A stretch of DNA of 60,873 nucleotides, filler included, from Circinaria calcarea (GCA_051942165.1; 4 parts of 4 records of this genome joined end to end with filler, not necessarily neighbours in it); one strand, 5' to 3'; shown: positions 37,522-52,413, counted from the whole stretch's first letter. The notes: generated by a model from the sequence alone, not told the origin. Translations and numbers: made by a program.

Positions 37522-40500
37522 GCTTTCTCTAACTGGTATAGAGCCCATTTTTGCATTTTCTCATGTCTTCCATGGCTACTGGCGCCCAAGGTAAAAGCTT
37601 TTGGGCCTAGATATGAAACAAGTCATATTAGAGATCTAGGAAAAGCACAATACTTGATACGCCGATCTTGTTCTTCTCTTCTTTCTTACAGAGCAAAAAG
37701 CTCCTGTCGGTGAATCTGGAGACCAGCCATCTAACGTGACGCGGTTGATCTTCAAGATATTACTTTCATCGGTAAAGTATTAGATAAAGCATCCACTTTT
37801 CATTACTTTACCTACGCGTTCCAGCCGTTCTTTACTTCTTATGGTGGTATGGGTTGACATCTCTTGAACATGGCGCTTCTGTCAGATCCGTTTGCAGTAC
37901 CAGTCACAAACCTTACCGTGAGCTACTGAGTAACTTTGCAATTGCCGCCGCAATTCAATCATCAATGACCCTTTCCCTAGATTACAAGCATCACCTTATT
38001 CAAGGTCTACAGAAAGCAGCTAGAATAGAAACCCCTACACGTTGCCTACCAAGTGGACTGCCGCCATCAACAGATGAGTCATTGAATCAGCGATACTACA
38101 TAGAAGGAATGGGCTATGAGTAAACGCGGCTGTACATTTCTAGGTGTGCCTTGGGAATTGATGAACTCAGATGTCATTAAATACATCTAGGGCCACTAGG
38201 GAGGAATGAATTGATGCTCGATCTTGAGCGCATTAACCGAAACGGATGAGCAAAATAACACAGTTTGGCTCCTGAAGTAAAACGGATTACTCAATTTCAA
38301 AGCATCCTCTCATTGCATGTTCAATGCAAGCGCTCTCTTCTCTTAAGGATGACATTTTGTTGTTATTGGTTTTTGGTATTGATACAATAACTTTTTCATT
38401 GATTCTCCTAAGTCTGATAACTCGTGACCCTCGCGAACTTTCTTTAATCAAACTCGCACAATGGCTACGCTGTCCAGGCTCCATTGTCTATTCATCGTAT
38501 GATTTCCTACAGCGTTGCTTCAGACAGTGGAGCTGCATCGCCGCCCAATATCTCACTACAGAGCAGGCTGACATGAACACTCCTCGCCATCTCAAGCATT
38601 GGCTTGAAGCCTGTAACTGGCGCTAGAACTGCGAAATCAACCAGGTTGGAGCATCCGATTTCCGCGATGTATGATAGTCAAGGACTCCAAGGGAACACTC
38701 TTTCCGACCCGATGCAATCGTTGCTGATGTTCACATCGAACCGAGTCTGGGCCATTCGACTTAAACCCATATCACTGAGTTGGTGAAAGCGCTCACATCT
38801 GCGCCGTCGTAGCTTATACAGTCGCTCCTGTGTTCACCGCGAGATCGACCGCCGCCTCTCCGAGGAGTTGTGCCTGCGCATAAGCGATTATGACCATGCT
38901 CGACATCCAATACTCCAAAGAGGCATGAAAAAGCGGTTGCATAGGTTCCAGGTACCGTGGGGATCCGTTCCCCAAGGTAATGAAGCCTCGACGGGCATGG
39001 TGTGCGACACCAGTACGCAGTTATACCCGAACTGCTACACAGCCTCGCTAAGGCCTCCAAAGCTTCTGACCAGTAACCCTCCGCAGCCTCACCGCTTTCT
39101 CCGGCACAATACTATATCAGCACGCCAGAACTCACCGTCATCGAATCTAAGACTTTACACGATCGATGCTGCGCTCCTCACAGTGCAGAAACGTAGACAT
39201 CGCTCCTGCCTTTCTGGAATAAAGTAATGAATGCCATTTTTAGCTATCGAAGTTGCAGATATTTCCTTCTTCGAGTCTGCTGGCCCAGAGGCATTCCACA
39301 AAACGGTCGCTTCCGGAGCGGGTCAAGCCGGTGTGCAAACGGCATTCTGTGCTGGGGCCAGACTTGACGCGAGCGGCGGGATTGATTCTCAGCCTTTTGG
39401 TAGGGAAGGGTTGTGAGTTTACCTACTCTTTGCGGGAAGACAATGGCTGGCGATCCGATCGGTAGATAACAACGCTTGATGATGAGACCGACCCCGGCAT
39501 TCAACACCCATCTACTCCACCTTTCAGTCCTGTCCCACTCTCTTTAAAAATATACTCATATTCCGGTGTCGGGTACGGACTTTTTGACGTCGCTTGCGTT
39601 TCCAGTTTTGCCAAGACCATGACAGAGTTTGCGTCCTCGAATCGGAAGGGTCTTGGTAGATTGACTTGTAGTGGCACGAGGAATCGTAGGGCCTACCTTC
39701 CCGAGGATAGAAATCATAAGTACTGTAATGTTCCTAAGCAGTGGGAGACCCTCACATCTACCAGCCCTTGAGTACAGAGTATTAACCGAGTCCCTAACTA
39801 TAAGCTATTTAATCGAAACTAGAGATATCGAGTTCCACTAGATTGGCAGTACGAACCGCCCCCCGCCCCCCTTTTAACGACTGACCACAGCCCCGGTTTC
39901 TACAGAAATCCTGCTTGTTCTCGCTACCTTTGGTGCTGATGGTTGGATATGGAATTGTCTTCGGCGAAAATTAATCTTAATCTCTGCTATCCTCTTATAA
40001 TAACGATTCCGCATAAAAATGCTCAACTTCAGGATTCCCCCGGCCGAATAACAACAAATATTCATCCTCTTATTATCGGTACCTCGAAGGTTTTTTTTTA
40101 AAAAGCGTGCGTTTTCAGACCAAAGTCAACTTACAACCGGCCCATAGAATAATAACCCCACTCTCGCTTTGTCCATCCCCGGATACAACCGCCCAGCCTC
40201 GATTGTTGTTCTCCACCCCAGCTTTTCCTTTGCACCGACCTTTTTGCTTCTTGTATCGCGTGCTGCTGGATAGTTGTATCTTGTGCTAGAACTCTAAATC
40301 AAGTATTCCTATCGAGTAGGAACTAGTTATTTATCGAGGGTCTCAACTTGGCTCTTTTTAAATCTTTCATTCTCCGAAACAATTCGTTTCCCCATCCGTT
40401 TCCTTCTTCTCAAGTTTCCATCCCATGTATTGTGTTTGCCAACCTGATGGCAGGCCGATCGTGGATGATCTCCAGCGCCCCGCGAGTTATCAGCCGGGAC

Positions 40501-42542
40501 ATTCCAGAGGTATTCAATTAAAACGTTGCCGTAGAAGCTATCTGGCTCGTACGGTTTATGAAGTTTTCCTTTATCCGGGCTCTCGTTCCTTAGAGCGTCC
40601 CGTTTGAAGAAACACTCGCCGTCAGGATACGCGAGAGCCATGTTAGTGATGAGTTTAGGATGCTGCGAGCCCCGACTGCGTTCTTGAGGGAGTGCTTGAG
40701 AGTCTCGGTAAGGGGCCAATATGGTATAAAGTGATTGGGGAAATCGGTTCAACTTATAATACCTGAGTTGGGCAACTTTCCTTTTTCCCCTCCACCTGTC
40801 ACCAGACTACTCCTTCGACCTGTCTCCCCCCGATCTTGCAGCCAAAATGCACCATGATCAACATTCTGCATTATGCCGGTCATGCTATACGTTTCACGAT
40901 CCTCTCGGTATTGGCCTACTTAAGAGGAATGAGCTCACTTTACTCCGCATCATCCACGACTCCAGAACCCGAACAGCTCCATTCGAGAACGCTGATCGTA
41001 GTTGTGCAGAATTCACTGTATAATGTAGTCAACATGCGTCTTTACTGAATGCTTGAATGGAGAAAATGAGCAAGTCGATCCAAATCTCACAATGAACCAG
41101 CTTATCACGCAGAATGTAGCTGCAAGCTGCCACTAGATGTATCCAAACTTTCTAGAGATACTTTCGTCTTTCAACCAATCATTCATTTTGTTGCAACGGC
41201 CACACGGCGAAAGCTGTAGAGTACGCTAATGCAAATGGGCGTGTGTATGCATCCCACTATAACGATGACCAACAATCTTCCTCGGCCAACTATACGAGAC
41301 ATGAATAGGAATGCGATGAAGACTAAGATAGATGACTGCATAGTAGGGAAACTGGGAATGAGATCCTGGCTGTTGCTTCACCTATACCATAAGAAGCGCT
41401 GGCCTTGGCTTATTCCCGAGTCGACAACTTAATCGGTTGTTATTTTCCCCTTCAATGGCAATTCTCAGAAGAGAAGGTTGCACTCATAGCTTAAAGTGTA
41501 GGTTTCCTACTGGCGTACCTTGGAGATAGGAAGTAAGTAGGATAGGTAGGTAGACATCATTTCCCCACTATGGTAGCAAGCTCATAAGCAGCTGTAGACT
41601 TGAATTGCTATTGGTAGACCTTCCCTTCTGCAATGAAAAGATTCGATTAAAGGGCAAAAGAATGTGCTCGGAGCATAGTTTCTCTGCTTGCTCCCTACCA
41701 CAGTAATTGTATTTTTCCCCATGGCCTCTTTTGGTTTGTTATACCGTGATTTCGAGCGCCGACTGAGCTTTTCATCTCGATAGATACATTTATACTAAGA
41801 AATCTTAATCTTTACATCAAGTATTGGCAATTCTTTTTAACCACGTATCCGGAAACTTAAAACCGGTGCCCTGATTAGCTTTATTGGGCAAGTTAATTGC
41901 TGAATTAGAACCGCGAGCATGTTAACCTCTATATATCGCTGACCCTGACCCGAGATATATTATTTATTGCCTGTTCTTGGCTCGGACTAAGTGACCTTAT
42001 TCGGGTCAGCGTCATGTCAGCGTTAAATACAGTGGTACACGCGCTTTATTCCATTTCGCTAAATCAGCCAATCTGAAGCCGTAAAGGGGACATTTATGCT
42101 AACCGTTTCTCCAATGTGCCAAGCCACGATTTCATTTATTACGCTCGCGTAATAAATTCAACACTAGGAAGGGCGGCTCGGCGGGGAACATTACCCCCGA
42201 ATTCCGGGCCAAAGGGGTTACCCTTGGGAGATTTCTTTGGTGGGGCTGCGATCTTGTCCCGCCATCAGGGTCCGAGAGGGTCCGACTGGGAATCAAGGCA
42301 GGCACGGCCAAGAGAAATAGAGAAGCCTATTCAAACGCCCGTGTCCAAGAACAAGAACAAGAACAAGCACGCGACACTCGAGATGCTTGCGTCAGCTTCA
42401 CTCTTCAAGAGAAGTTAGCTACCTCAGTTCGAGGAGAAGGGTGACGCAACGTGATTCATCTCCTCGACATTCGAGCTCGACACCTCTCCTCTCCCACTCT
42501 ATCACTCCCTACACCGACCTCCTCCAATTTCCATCCGAAACA

Positions 42543-45300
42543 ATGGCGCCCTCTTTCATAGACAAGATGAAGCATCCCTTCCCAGAACTCCGCGACCAAC
42601 TCAAGGGTATTTTGCGCCGGCCTAAAAGTTGCACCAATGACTGACCAAGTCAAATCACAGACACACACCTCTACGATGCCAAGGTCAAGGCGATTCATTT
42701 CAAGAATAAAGTGGGCAAATTCCGCAACATCATCAATCCGAACCATCGCCACGACGAGGAACATGAGAAGGAAACCGACGAAAAGCGCACTCGTATTGCC
42801 GAGAGCCACAGGTACGAGTCGTTCGCACCAGAGAGAGACGGCAATAAAATCAAATGGTACGTCGACGGTCGAGACTACTTCTGGGCAGTATCGGTGGCGC
42901 TGGAAAAGGCCAAGGAGACCATATATATCGAGGATTGGTGGTTGAGCCCCGAGTTGTTTTTGAGAAGGCCCCCATATTACAACCAGGAGTGGAGGCTGGA
43001 TCAAGTTCTTAAGCGGAGAGCTGAAGCGGGGGTAAAGATATATGTTATCGTCTACAAGGAGGTAGCACAAGCCCTCACGTGCAATAGTGCCCATACGAAA
43101 CATGCCCTGCAGAAACTTTGTCCTCCAGGGACGCCAGGCCATGGAAACATTAACATAATGCGGCATCCCGATCACAATGTCTTTGAAAATGCTGGAGACA
43201 TGACCTTTTACTGGGCTCATCACGAGAAATTCATTGTCATCGACTATGCCATGGCTTTTATCGGAGGTCTGGATCTTTGCTTTGGCCGCTGGGATAGTAG
43301 GCAACATCCACTTGCCGATGTTCATCCGTCAGGCGTGCAGAATGAAGTCTTCCCAGGCCAAGATTTCAACAACAATCGCATCATGGACTTTCAGACCGTC
43401 AATGACTGGGCATCGAACGAGCTTAGTAAGGCCGACTACGGTCGGATGCCGTGGCACGACGTAGCTATGGCACTGATTGGCGACTGTGTTTACGATATTG
43501 CAGAGCATTTCATTTTGCGCTGGAACTTCGTCAAGCGAGACAAATACAAACGGGATGAGAAGTACGACTGGTTGACGTTAGAGGGTCGAGAAGGAGAATT
43601 CGAGGACTTGGTCGCCGTTCAACGTCCAAAACACCCCGTGGGGCAATACATACACCATCCTCTTTCTCCTCTCGCGACAAAGCCTTGGGCTCATGAACAC
43701 CCCGGAACGATACACGCCCAGGTAGTTCGAAGTAGCGCTGACTGGAGCAGTGGTATATTGACCGAACACAGCATTCAGAACGCGTACAGTGAGATTATTA
43801 GGAACGCTCAACATTATGTCTACATTGAAAATCAGTTCTTCATCACAGCCACGGGAGATCACCAAGCCCCAGTTCACAATACTATCGGAAGGGCTATCGT
43901 TGATGCATGTGTGCGTGCTGGAAAGGAAGGCAGAAAATTTAGGGTCATCATTGTTATCCCAGCCATCCCTGGCTTCGCCGGTGATTTGAGAGAAGATGCT
44001 GCGATGGGTACGCGAGCAATCATGGACTATCAATACAAATCGATCCATCGGGGAGAGCACTCGATATGTGAACAAATCCGAGCACAGGGTGTTGACCCCA
44101 AAAACCACGTCTTCATATTCAATTTACGCTCGTTTGATCGGCTTAACAAGACACAGGCAATGGTCAAACAGGAGGAAGAGTCAGGTGTAAAGTATCAGGA
44201 CGTGCAAAGGGCTCAGGCCGAGGAAATAATGAGTGAGGGTGTTCATGGTACGACGGATGACATGAGCAGTAGCGACGAGGAGGCTGGAAATGAACAGAAA
44301 AAAACGATGGCGGACAAGAAGAGGAGGTTCGAGGCTCATCGCAGTAAGGCTGGGCTTGACGATGGCAGAGCCAAGACGGCGGACTCCATTGCCAGTACTG
44401 CAATGCTTAATGGGGGGCATGTTTCGGAACAGGAATGGGAAGGCGACCCAGAACAAGAAAAGGAGAATTTCGTCCAAGAGGAACTTTACATTCATGGCAA
44501 GCTCTTGATTGTAGATGATCGAGTTGTGATATGTGGGAGCTCTAACATTAATGACCGGGTAAGGCTCGTCCATCGTGCTAAATGTTAACAGCTGACATAC
44601 CTAGTCACAAATGGGCCTTCATGATAGCGAGCTGTCAATAGTCATGGAAGATTACGATTATATCGATAGTACTATGGATGGCCAACCGTTCAAGGCGGGT
44701 CGACATGCCGCAACACTACGGAGGATGCTTTGGCGCGAACATCTTGGTCTCCTCCCCGCTCAGGACCTTGATGCTACCAATGATCCTAATGCCCAGCCAC
44801 CTGACGTCTGTCCTAACGATGTTATGGAAGGTCCCGAGTATGAATTTGTGGCAGACCCGATGAGTGATAAAGTTTGGGATATGTGGACTGGGAATGCCAC
44901 CAGGAACACGGAAATATTTCGGCACTTGTTCCGCGCAGATCCAGACAATAATAGTAAGTTTTCCCAATGCTCACACAGATTCTCCATGTGTCGTTTGCAC
45001 ACACTCATTAATTTACACCTGTTCCCCCCCCCTCTTCTCCCTTTCTGTGGTCGCAACACCAATTAATTTTCTCCCCTTCTCCTAGTCAAAACCTTTGATG
45101 ACTACCAAAACTTCCTCCCCAAGAACAACATCAAACAAGGCCATTTGTACGATCCGTTCATGCCCGTCGCAGAGGTACGCCAGAAACTGGACCAGATCAA
45201 GGGGCATCTTGTGTGGATGCCGTTGGACTTTCTGAAAGACGCCGAGATGGCGGAGTGGGGTTTACAGATTAACGCTTACACGGAGAGTGTGTATACCTAG
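42543..45300 (+). CDS. Phospholipase D (two HKD motifs, short N-terminus without PX/PH)
   Basis: WAHHEKFIVID, YIHGKLLIVDD..GSSNINDRS, DWWLSPELFLRRP, RMPWHD, YIENQFF; 4 exons. Confidence 0.94.
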
Positions 45301-45663
45301 AGAGTATTCTTACGGATAAGGGTGGAGATGGGAGATGGGAGACGGGAGGTTCATTGATACCCCTAACGATGAGGACCGGAGAGCAAGGGCAGAAACAAGA
45401 TTTCCTTTGTGGATTTCTGCTTTCCGGAACGGAGTGTGTGCCTTTTTCCCATTTGGGGCTGTCCTAGGATAGATTTGCTCCTCGTCATTCGCATCGGATA
45501 CTCCCTACCTGAGGTATAAAAGAAAACATTCCTCCGAATCTGATCCGGGTAGCCAGCCCTTTCCACTTTCCACATGCTGGTGTACTTATTCTAGTAAATG
45601 CTTCCCCTTTTTTACTTTTTTCCTTCTTTTTTTCTCTCTCTCCCCCTCCCCCTTTCTTTCTCC

Positions 45664-45763
45664 NNNNNNNNNNNNNNNNNNNNNNNNNNNNNNNNNNNNN
45701 NNNNNNNTTAATTAATTAANNNNNNNNNNNNNNNNNNNNNNNNNNNNNNNNNNNNNNNNNNNN
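45664..45763. other. Artificial contig-joining linker
   Basis: 44N-TTAATTAATTAA-44N. Confidence 0.97.
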
Positions 45764-45880
45764 TGTCACTTAAGGTCTTCACGTACAGGATCAGGATATC
45801 AGGTGCTTTGACACCAATTGACTTTACCTACAACCTCCACATAACTAGACTTTCCAACGATAACAGGCACAGAAGTCATC

Positions 45881-46890
45881 ATGACCTCCACCACACTCCA
45901 AGAATCACCAACCATCTCTCATCTGGCTTCCCAGCCGGAGAGAATATCATTGATAGCAACCAGATCGAGCAAAAACATCGATGACAAGCCACATGATGTG
46001 TATGCTAATTTCAGGTACTACCTCGACCCTGGAGATGGTAGCCTCCCCGAACCCGTGGATGTGTCTAAGCCTAGCTCTTACATGGACAAGCCCGACGACG
46101 TTCGGACAATGTTGGTTCATGATATACGCGGCTCGGAAGACCAGTATTCGTTAGATAAGCACGGATTCCAAGTCCATCGTCATGTTAGCGCGGAGAAGGA
46201 ATTCCTAGACGAAGACCAGATAAAGGCGCAATACTATCCAGAGATCGAGCAACTCCTAAAAGACGTGTAAGTCAGCTTGCCTGTTGCCACATCTTGTCCG
46301 TGACTCAATGCTTTGGCAGCACCGGTGCTTCCAGAGTGTTTGTTTGGCATTACACCATACGGAGGGAGCCGAATAACTCCAACGGTATTCCCTACACAGG
46401 CACCGCTACCAAGAAGCAGCAGAGCCCTGTACGCCGCGTTCACATCGACCAGACGTCTTATTCTGCCCGGAACAACGTACACCGATATCTGCCGGACGAA
46501 GCCGAGAAACTTCTCGCTGGCCGGTACCAGCTTATCAATGTTTGGCGACCAATTAGAACAATTTATAAGGACCCGTTAGCCATTTTGGACGCTCGAAGCT
46601 ATTCGGAAGAGGATTTATTGCCAGTCAAGGTTATATATCCCGGCCACGATGGCGAAACGTTTGTAGTTCGACCCAGGGCGGAAGAAGCTAAAGAAAAGCA
46701 TCAGTGGCACTACCTGTACGGACAAACACCCGACGAAGTGATGATCTTCAAGTGCTATGATTCGAAGAAAGACGGAAGGGCGAGAAGGGTACCCCACTGT
46801 GCCTTCACAAATCCAGAAGAGGAGCACCGAGAGCCACGGGAAAGCATAGAAGTGCGATGTCTGGTTTTTACTCCCGATGAAAGTGGATAG
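45881..46890 (+). CDS. asaB / GA4-desaturase / CmcJ-like putative oxygenase, 2 exons
   Basis: VHDIRG..YSLDKHGF, YYPEIEQLLK|TGASRV, VHIDQT, INVWRPI, DPLA, FKCYDS, PHCAF, RESIEVR. Confidence 0.85.
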
Positions 46891-47631
46891 AGACAGCGAG
46901 CTGCCATTCCTGGTGTGCTACATGTTGCTTGGGTTTCATCACGGTTTAAGTGCCTTCAAAACAAACTACACATAGTAAACAGACGACTTTTTAGAATGGC
47001 GGGATGAATCTTGGCGCCTATTAGATGATTGTGTATCTCTGGTGGGCAAAACATAGAATCCAATCAGAAATTAAACAGTACCAGTATCGCACAAATGTAC
47101 GAGGATGACATACCACCGTTCTCTGCTGGATGAACAATGCTAAAACTCAACGGTGATGATTATGTCAGTCTATAGAGCGCGGTTTACAGGGGCAAAACCT
47201 GAAGAGAGAGGTAGACTCTGGAGTCGAAGAGGTATAGGTAGGAGCGAGCACCATTGGATTCACTTGGAATACCCTCAATAATCCCCAGCTTAGAATCATA
47301 TTCTGATTCAGTCGCTGCTGTTGTTTGACAGTTCCTTCGGTCCGAGGCTTTTAGATTGCCTCGATTGCCCACGGATGTTTCCGGAAGACTCCTCCCGGTC
47401 CAATCCCCTGCACATCGTCATCTTTGACTAAAAAGGTAAGTTCATTTTTTTTTCTTTTAGTTCGACCTGGTTTAGGTGTTTTGGAGCAGCTCCATCTAGT
47501 CAGTTTATACATATCGTCTTTCTTGTACAAAAGCTCCTGACGGGTCTCCCCTTAATTGACGTCGTTGTGCATCACTCCTTTGACTTCACTCTTTTGAATT
47601 CTGCTTTGAATAACACGCCTCTAAGTAACTA

Positions 47632-50600
47632 ATGGCAGAAGATAACTGTGACGGAACCAAATCACTAGGTGAGGTTGATGCTACTGAAGGCCACTGTTGA
47701 TGGCTCAGTCTTCCTTGACATCCAACTGACTCCCTCGAATTCTCAGAAACTCCCAATGGACTCGGCTTACACGATGCTATACATCATCAACCAAACGCGG
47801 CAACGTCAGACGAGTCGAAAAACGAGACAAAGGAAGAGCAGAACCATGAGTGTAAGCGGAGGAACAGAGGATGAGAAGTGGGATTCTGGTTGACTTCATC
47901 CACAGCCGTTTTCCCAATCACTATCAAACTACCCCATAAACCCTACGCGATCCAAGTGATGGTCTGGCCTCCTCATCTTTATATCCTGCTTTAACTTACG
48001 GCACTCCAGGTTTCTATCCAAGAACAGGTACAGGATCTTCGACAATCTATCGTGGAACTCCCAGACACGTTCCAGTATTCCTGTTTTCATCTTGAACACG
48101 ACGGCGGCCGTATCAACGACTTTGTCGAGTTATCCGAAATCACAGGTCTGGCAGCGGGCAGCGAAATCCGATTGATTGAAGACCCGTATACCGAGAAAGA
48201 GGCTCGGATGCATATGATAAGGATTCGGGATTTGATCGGTGCCGCTGGCGACAGAGCCGACACGCTACTTGGTATATCTGCTGGCTTGTCTCTTCACGAT
48301 GTTGTTGTACCCTTTAATATGGTAGATGGTGCAATTCGGAATGGGAAACCCTCGAAACCAACAGCCCCAGAGCCTCCGCATGCTATGGTGGATTATGACT
48401 TCGATGCTCCTGCCCTGCTCCGTACCATCCTGCCACCTCCTCAGGATCCTGCGCCGAAAACCGTGAAATCGATCTGTGTCTCGGCGTGGAACCCACCTCC
48501 TCATCATCTCCGGCACAAAGGGCACCTCCTGTATTTGCAGCTCACAACGAACGAAGGTGAACAACATCAGATTACGGCTCATGTGTCAGGCTTCTTCGTC
48601 AACAAGTCATCCAGCAGCAAGTTCGATCCATATCCAAAACCTCCTCCCAAAAACACCTCCGCTCACTCACTTCTTGCCTTGATCTCTAGATTATCGCCGT
48701 CATTTGAATCATCCTTTAAAGCTCTACAAGAACACAACAACAAGAAAGACCCTTTAGCCAATTTCCAAATTACGAATGCAATCCCTTCCAATCCATGGCT
48801 TGTACCTGCTCTGGAATCTTCACTAGCGGCTCATCAACCCGACATTACACGCACACAAGAAACATATCTCCTTTCCGGGATCGAAAATGCGGAGACATTA
48901 CGGGATTGGAACGAGGAGTTCCAGTCTACCCGAGAGCTTCCAAGAGACTCTGTCCAGGACCGGGTTTTTCGAGAACGGATTACGTCCAAGCTCTTTGCTG
49001 ATTACAATGAAGCAGCTGCAAGAGGGGCCATCATGGTTGCTCGCGGTGAGGTAGCACCGCTGAACCCTACGGAAAACCGAGATGCGCAGATCTTTGTCTA
49101 CAACAATGTTTTCTTTTCCTTCGGGGCTGATGGAGTTGGTACATTCACATCCGAAGGCGGAGATGAGGCTGCACGTGTAGCCGTAGGGAAAGATGTTACC
49201 GGAGTTAGAAGTGTCAACCAGCTTGACATCTTGGGCTTATACACCCCTGGGACCGTTGTTGTTGATTATCTGGGAAAGCGAATAGTAGCTCAAAGTATCG
49301 TCCCTGGCATCTTTAAACAACGCGAACCGGGTGAAAACCAAATTGACTATGGTGGCGTTGAAGGACGTGATGTTGTCGCCGAGAACGAAGCCTTTGTACC
49401 TGTTTTCGCAAAACTCTCGAAGACGCTCAAAATTAAAAAGCACCCGGTGTGGGACAAAGAGGGACAGAAACATACGCTTGAAGGTAGTGTGGAGACCAAG
49501 GGACTTTTGGGTACTGATGGCAGGAAATACATCCTTGACTTGTATAGGCTCACTCCATTAGACATTACCTGGCTAGAGGAGTGTTGGAGTGAAATCTCGA
49601 AAGAAGAGAAGTCAAATGAGCTCAATTATCCACACAGGATGGCAGTTCTAAGGCCAGAATTAATTGAAGCATACTGGCATTTGAGAATGCGCGAGTACGT
49701 AAAAGATGAGCTTTCGAGGCGGCCAAAAAAATCCGACGTCAAACAAGAAGAATTGACACAAGACGGTCAATCAAATTCGGCAACCACCGAAGTCACTACT
49801 CAGGATGAGGACCAGGATGAGAATAAGGTTGTGGCCGTCAACGGCGATGACTCCGATGCCTCGAAGCATCGTGAACGCATAGATATCTCGGGTTTTACGT
49901 TGGCGTTCAATCCGGACGTCTACTGCTCGCAATCTGCGCAAACCGAGGAAGAAAAAAAGGAACTAGCTAAGGATGAAGAAGAAGTTCGGGCTGTATGCAA
50001 GTATCTTCGTGAAGAGGTCATTCCAGCTCTCGTATGTATAACGTATTCGCCTTTTCCCATCGTCATTGACTTATCGTCATACTAGGTTCGTGATCTCAAG
50101 GAAGGAGAGGTTGGGTTTCCGATGGACGGTCAATCTTTAGGTCAACTCCTGCATAAGCGAGGGATCAATTTTCGGTACTTGGGGAAAATCGCAAATCTCA
50201 CAAAGAACCAGGGTCCTAGACTCGCGGCTTTGAATGGACTTGCCGTTCAAGAAATGATTGCTAGGTCCTTTAAGCATACTGTAAATCGATACCTGAAGAA
50301 CTTACCAGTGGTCTTTGCACGAGCGTGCATTGCCCATCTTCTCAACTGCTTGCTGGGAGCAGATCTCAACAAGTCGCCAAGAGCGCAGGTAGATGAGGAT
50401 TTACAGTCACTATATACCGATGCTGATTGGTCGTTTGTCGACCTTGATTCGGAAAACTTGAGAATAGCAATCCAAGCGCAAGTCTCTCTTAGATATCGCT
50501 ACGAGCTTGAAGACGGATGGGCTTCCAACATCAAACATCTCCAACTTCTCCGCGAGGTCTCGTTAAAACTAGGGCTACAACTCACTGCCAAAGACTACAA

Positions 50601-51819
50601 GTTCTCTCGAACCTCGCAACTCCAAAACGGGCATGCAAACAAATCATCCAATGGAACCTCAGCACCCTTTGCTGTTAGCAGTCACGCTGTCAACGGCACT
50701 AATGGTAAAAGGAAGAAAAAAAACGGTGATCATGAGCCTCGGTCAAATTCGCCTGACTGTGTGTCGTCCATCTCATCCGCCACATTCGACGTGGACGACG
50801 TAGCTAACATCGTGCCGATAATTAAAGACGCCTGTCCGAAGAGTGTTCTAGCTGAAGAAGCCTTGGAAGCAGGCAAGATTTCCATGGTACAAAATCAAAA
50901 GGACCTTGGGCAAGAGCTGCTCCTTGAATCCCTGTCGCTCCACGAGCAGATCTATGGAATACTGCACCCTGCAGTAGCCAGAGTATACCATCAACTCTCT
51001 ATGCTATACTATCAGATGGATGAAAAGAATGCTGCGGTCGAATTGGCACATAAAGCTGTTATTGTCTCTGAACGCACGTTAGGTGTTGATTCCGACGAGA
51101 CGATTCTTAATTACCTTAATCTCGGTCTTTTCGAGCACGCCAACGGCAACACCAAGATGGCGTTGATGTACGTACGGCACGCTTTGGAACTATGGAAGAT
51201 TATCTACGGATTGAACCATCCCGATTCCATTACTACAATCAACAACGCTGCGGTAATGCTTCAACACTTGAAGCACTATCACGAATCGAGGTTGTGGTTC
51301 GAAACCTCCTTGGCAATTTGCGAAAGCATGTCAGGTAAACAGTCCGTAAACACCGCTACGTTGTGCTTTCAATTAGCACAAGCACTAGCATTGGACCAAG
51401 AAGCGAAAGGTGCAGTTAGTCGTATGCGAGACGCTTATAGCATTTTTCACACCAAGCTTGGGCCTGAAGATCGTAACACGATAGAGTCCGAAAGCTGGCT
51501 GGAACAGCTTACACAAAACGCTGTGTCCATAGCCAAGCAAGCTAAAGACATACAGGCACGTCGACTACGCCGCATCCAGCTCACTCCGAGGGTCACATTA
51601 GGCACGCGACCACAACCTCAAGTCGGACAATCTTCCGTCGACTCGGCTGTTGGCAGAGACTCCCGAAGCACCCTTGATATGGACTCCCGAAGTGTCGATG
51701 AGTTAATGAGATTCATTGAAGGAGGAGGTGACACGACAAAGAGGACCCCGACCAAGAAAAGAACAACCCATAACAATCCCAAACGACGAGGTGGTGGAAG
51801 ACTTGGGACACCCTCATAA
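47632..51819 (+). CDS. CLU1: Clustered mitochondria protein Clu1/Tif31
   Basis: SAWNPPP..KGHLLYL, LRDWNEEFQ, DYLGKRIVAQSIVPGI, KGLLGTDGRKYILDL, PMDGQSL..LHKRGIN, C-terminal TPR repeats; small 5' exons inferred. Confidence 0.95.
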
Positions 51820-52413
51820 TCTCTCGAGTCTCTTGTACATACAACTCTACCTACTTTTTGGCGCGAACAGGCTTGATGGTGGCGGACCATATTGTCTCGA
51901 TTATGCTACTCAATCTTTTACATAGGGAAACAGGACCAGTGCCGGCGTATTTTTAGCTTCAGAGCTCCATCGAGAGCTTCTTATGTATTATAATATGTAT
52001 GATATCAGCAAGGGGTAGCAGAGTGTAAAGTATATAGAGGATTGGTGTACCCATACAAAGATCTGGTGACATTGGCTAAATCTGCTATTCCAGTGATATT
52101 GATTTCAGCAGCTGACTTTTATTCACAGTATCACATGTGAGGATGCTCACATGTCGCGACCAACGATCGCCCTCGGTCAACGGTCTTACATATTTCCGCT
52201 AGCGGACGATCAAAGCTGCAGGCTCCGTTTGTTGACATGAGCCCTTCGGACTTTTAAGAAGTGATTGCTAAACACACTTATCGCAGAGCATTGCTTCATA
52301 TATTTACTAAGTCTCTTTAGCTTTGAGTTGCTGACATCCTCTGCTTTGCTTCACAAGATCCCCGTTCCTATGAGTGGGACATTCGCTGCTCGAATCGACA
52401 TCGCGGACGGGAC

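Noticed and set aside
42456..43325. 289-aa antisense ORF and similar long shadow ORFs (e.g. 6974-7588, 35319-35963, 4890-5483)
   Set aside because: They overlap well-supported genes on the opposite strand or in another frame and have no motifs
45881..46890. Secondary-metabolite cluster around the asaB/CmcJ-like gene
   Set aside because: Its neighbour is housekeeping CLU1 and the other side is a contig end; no backbone enzyme is visible
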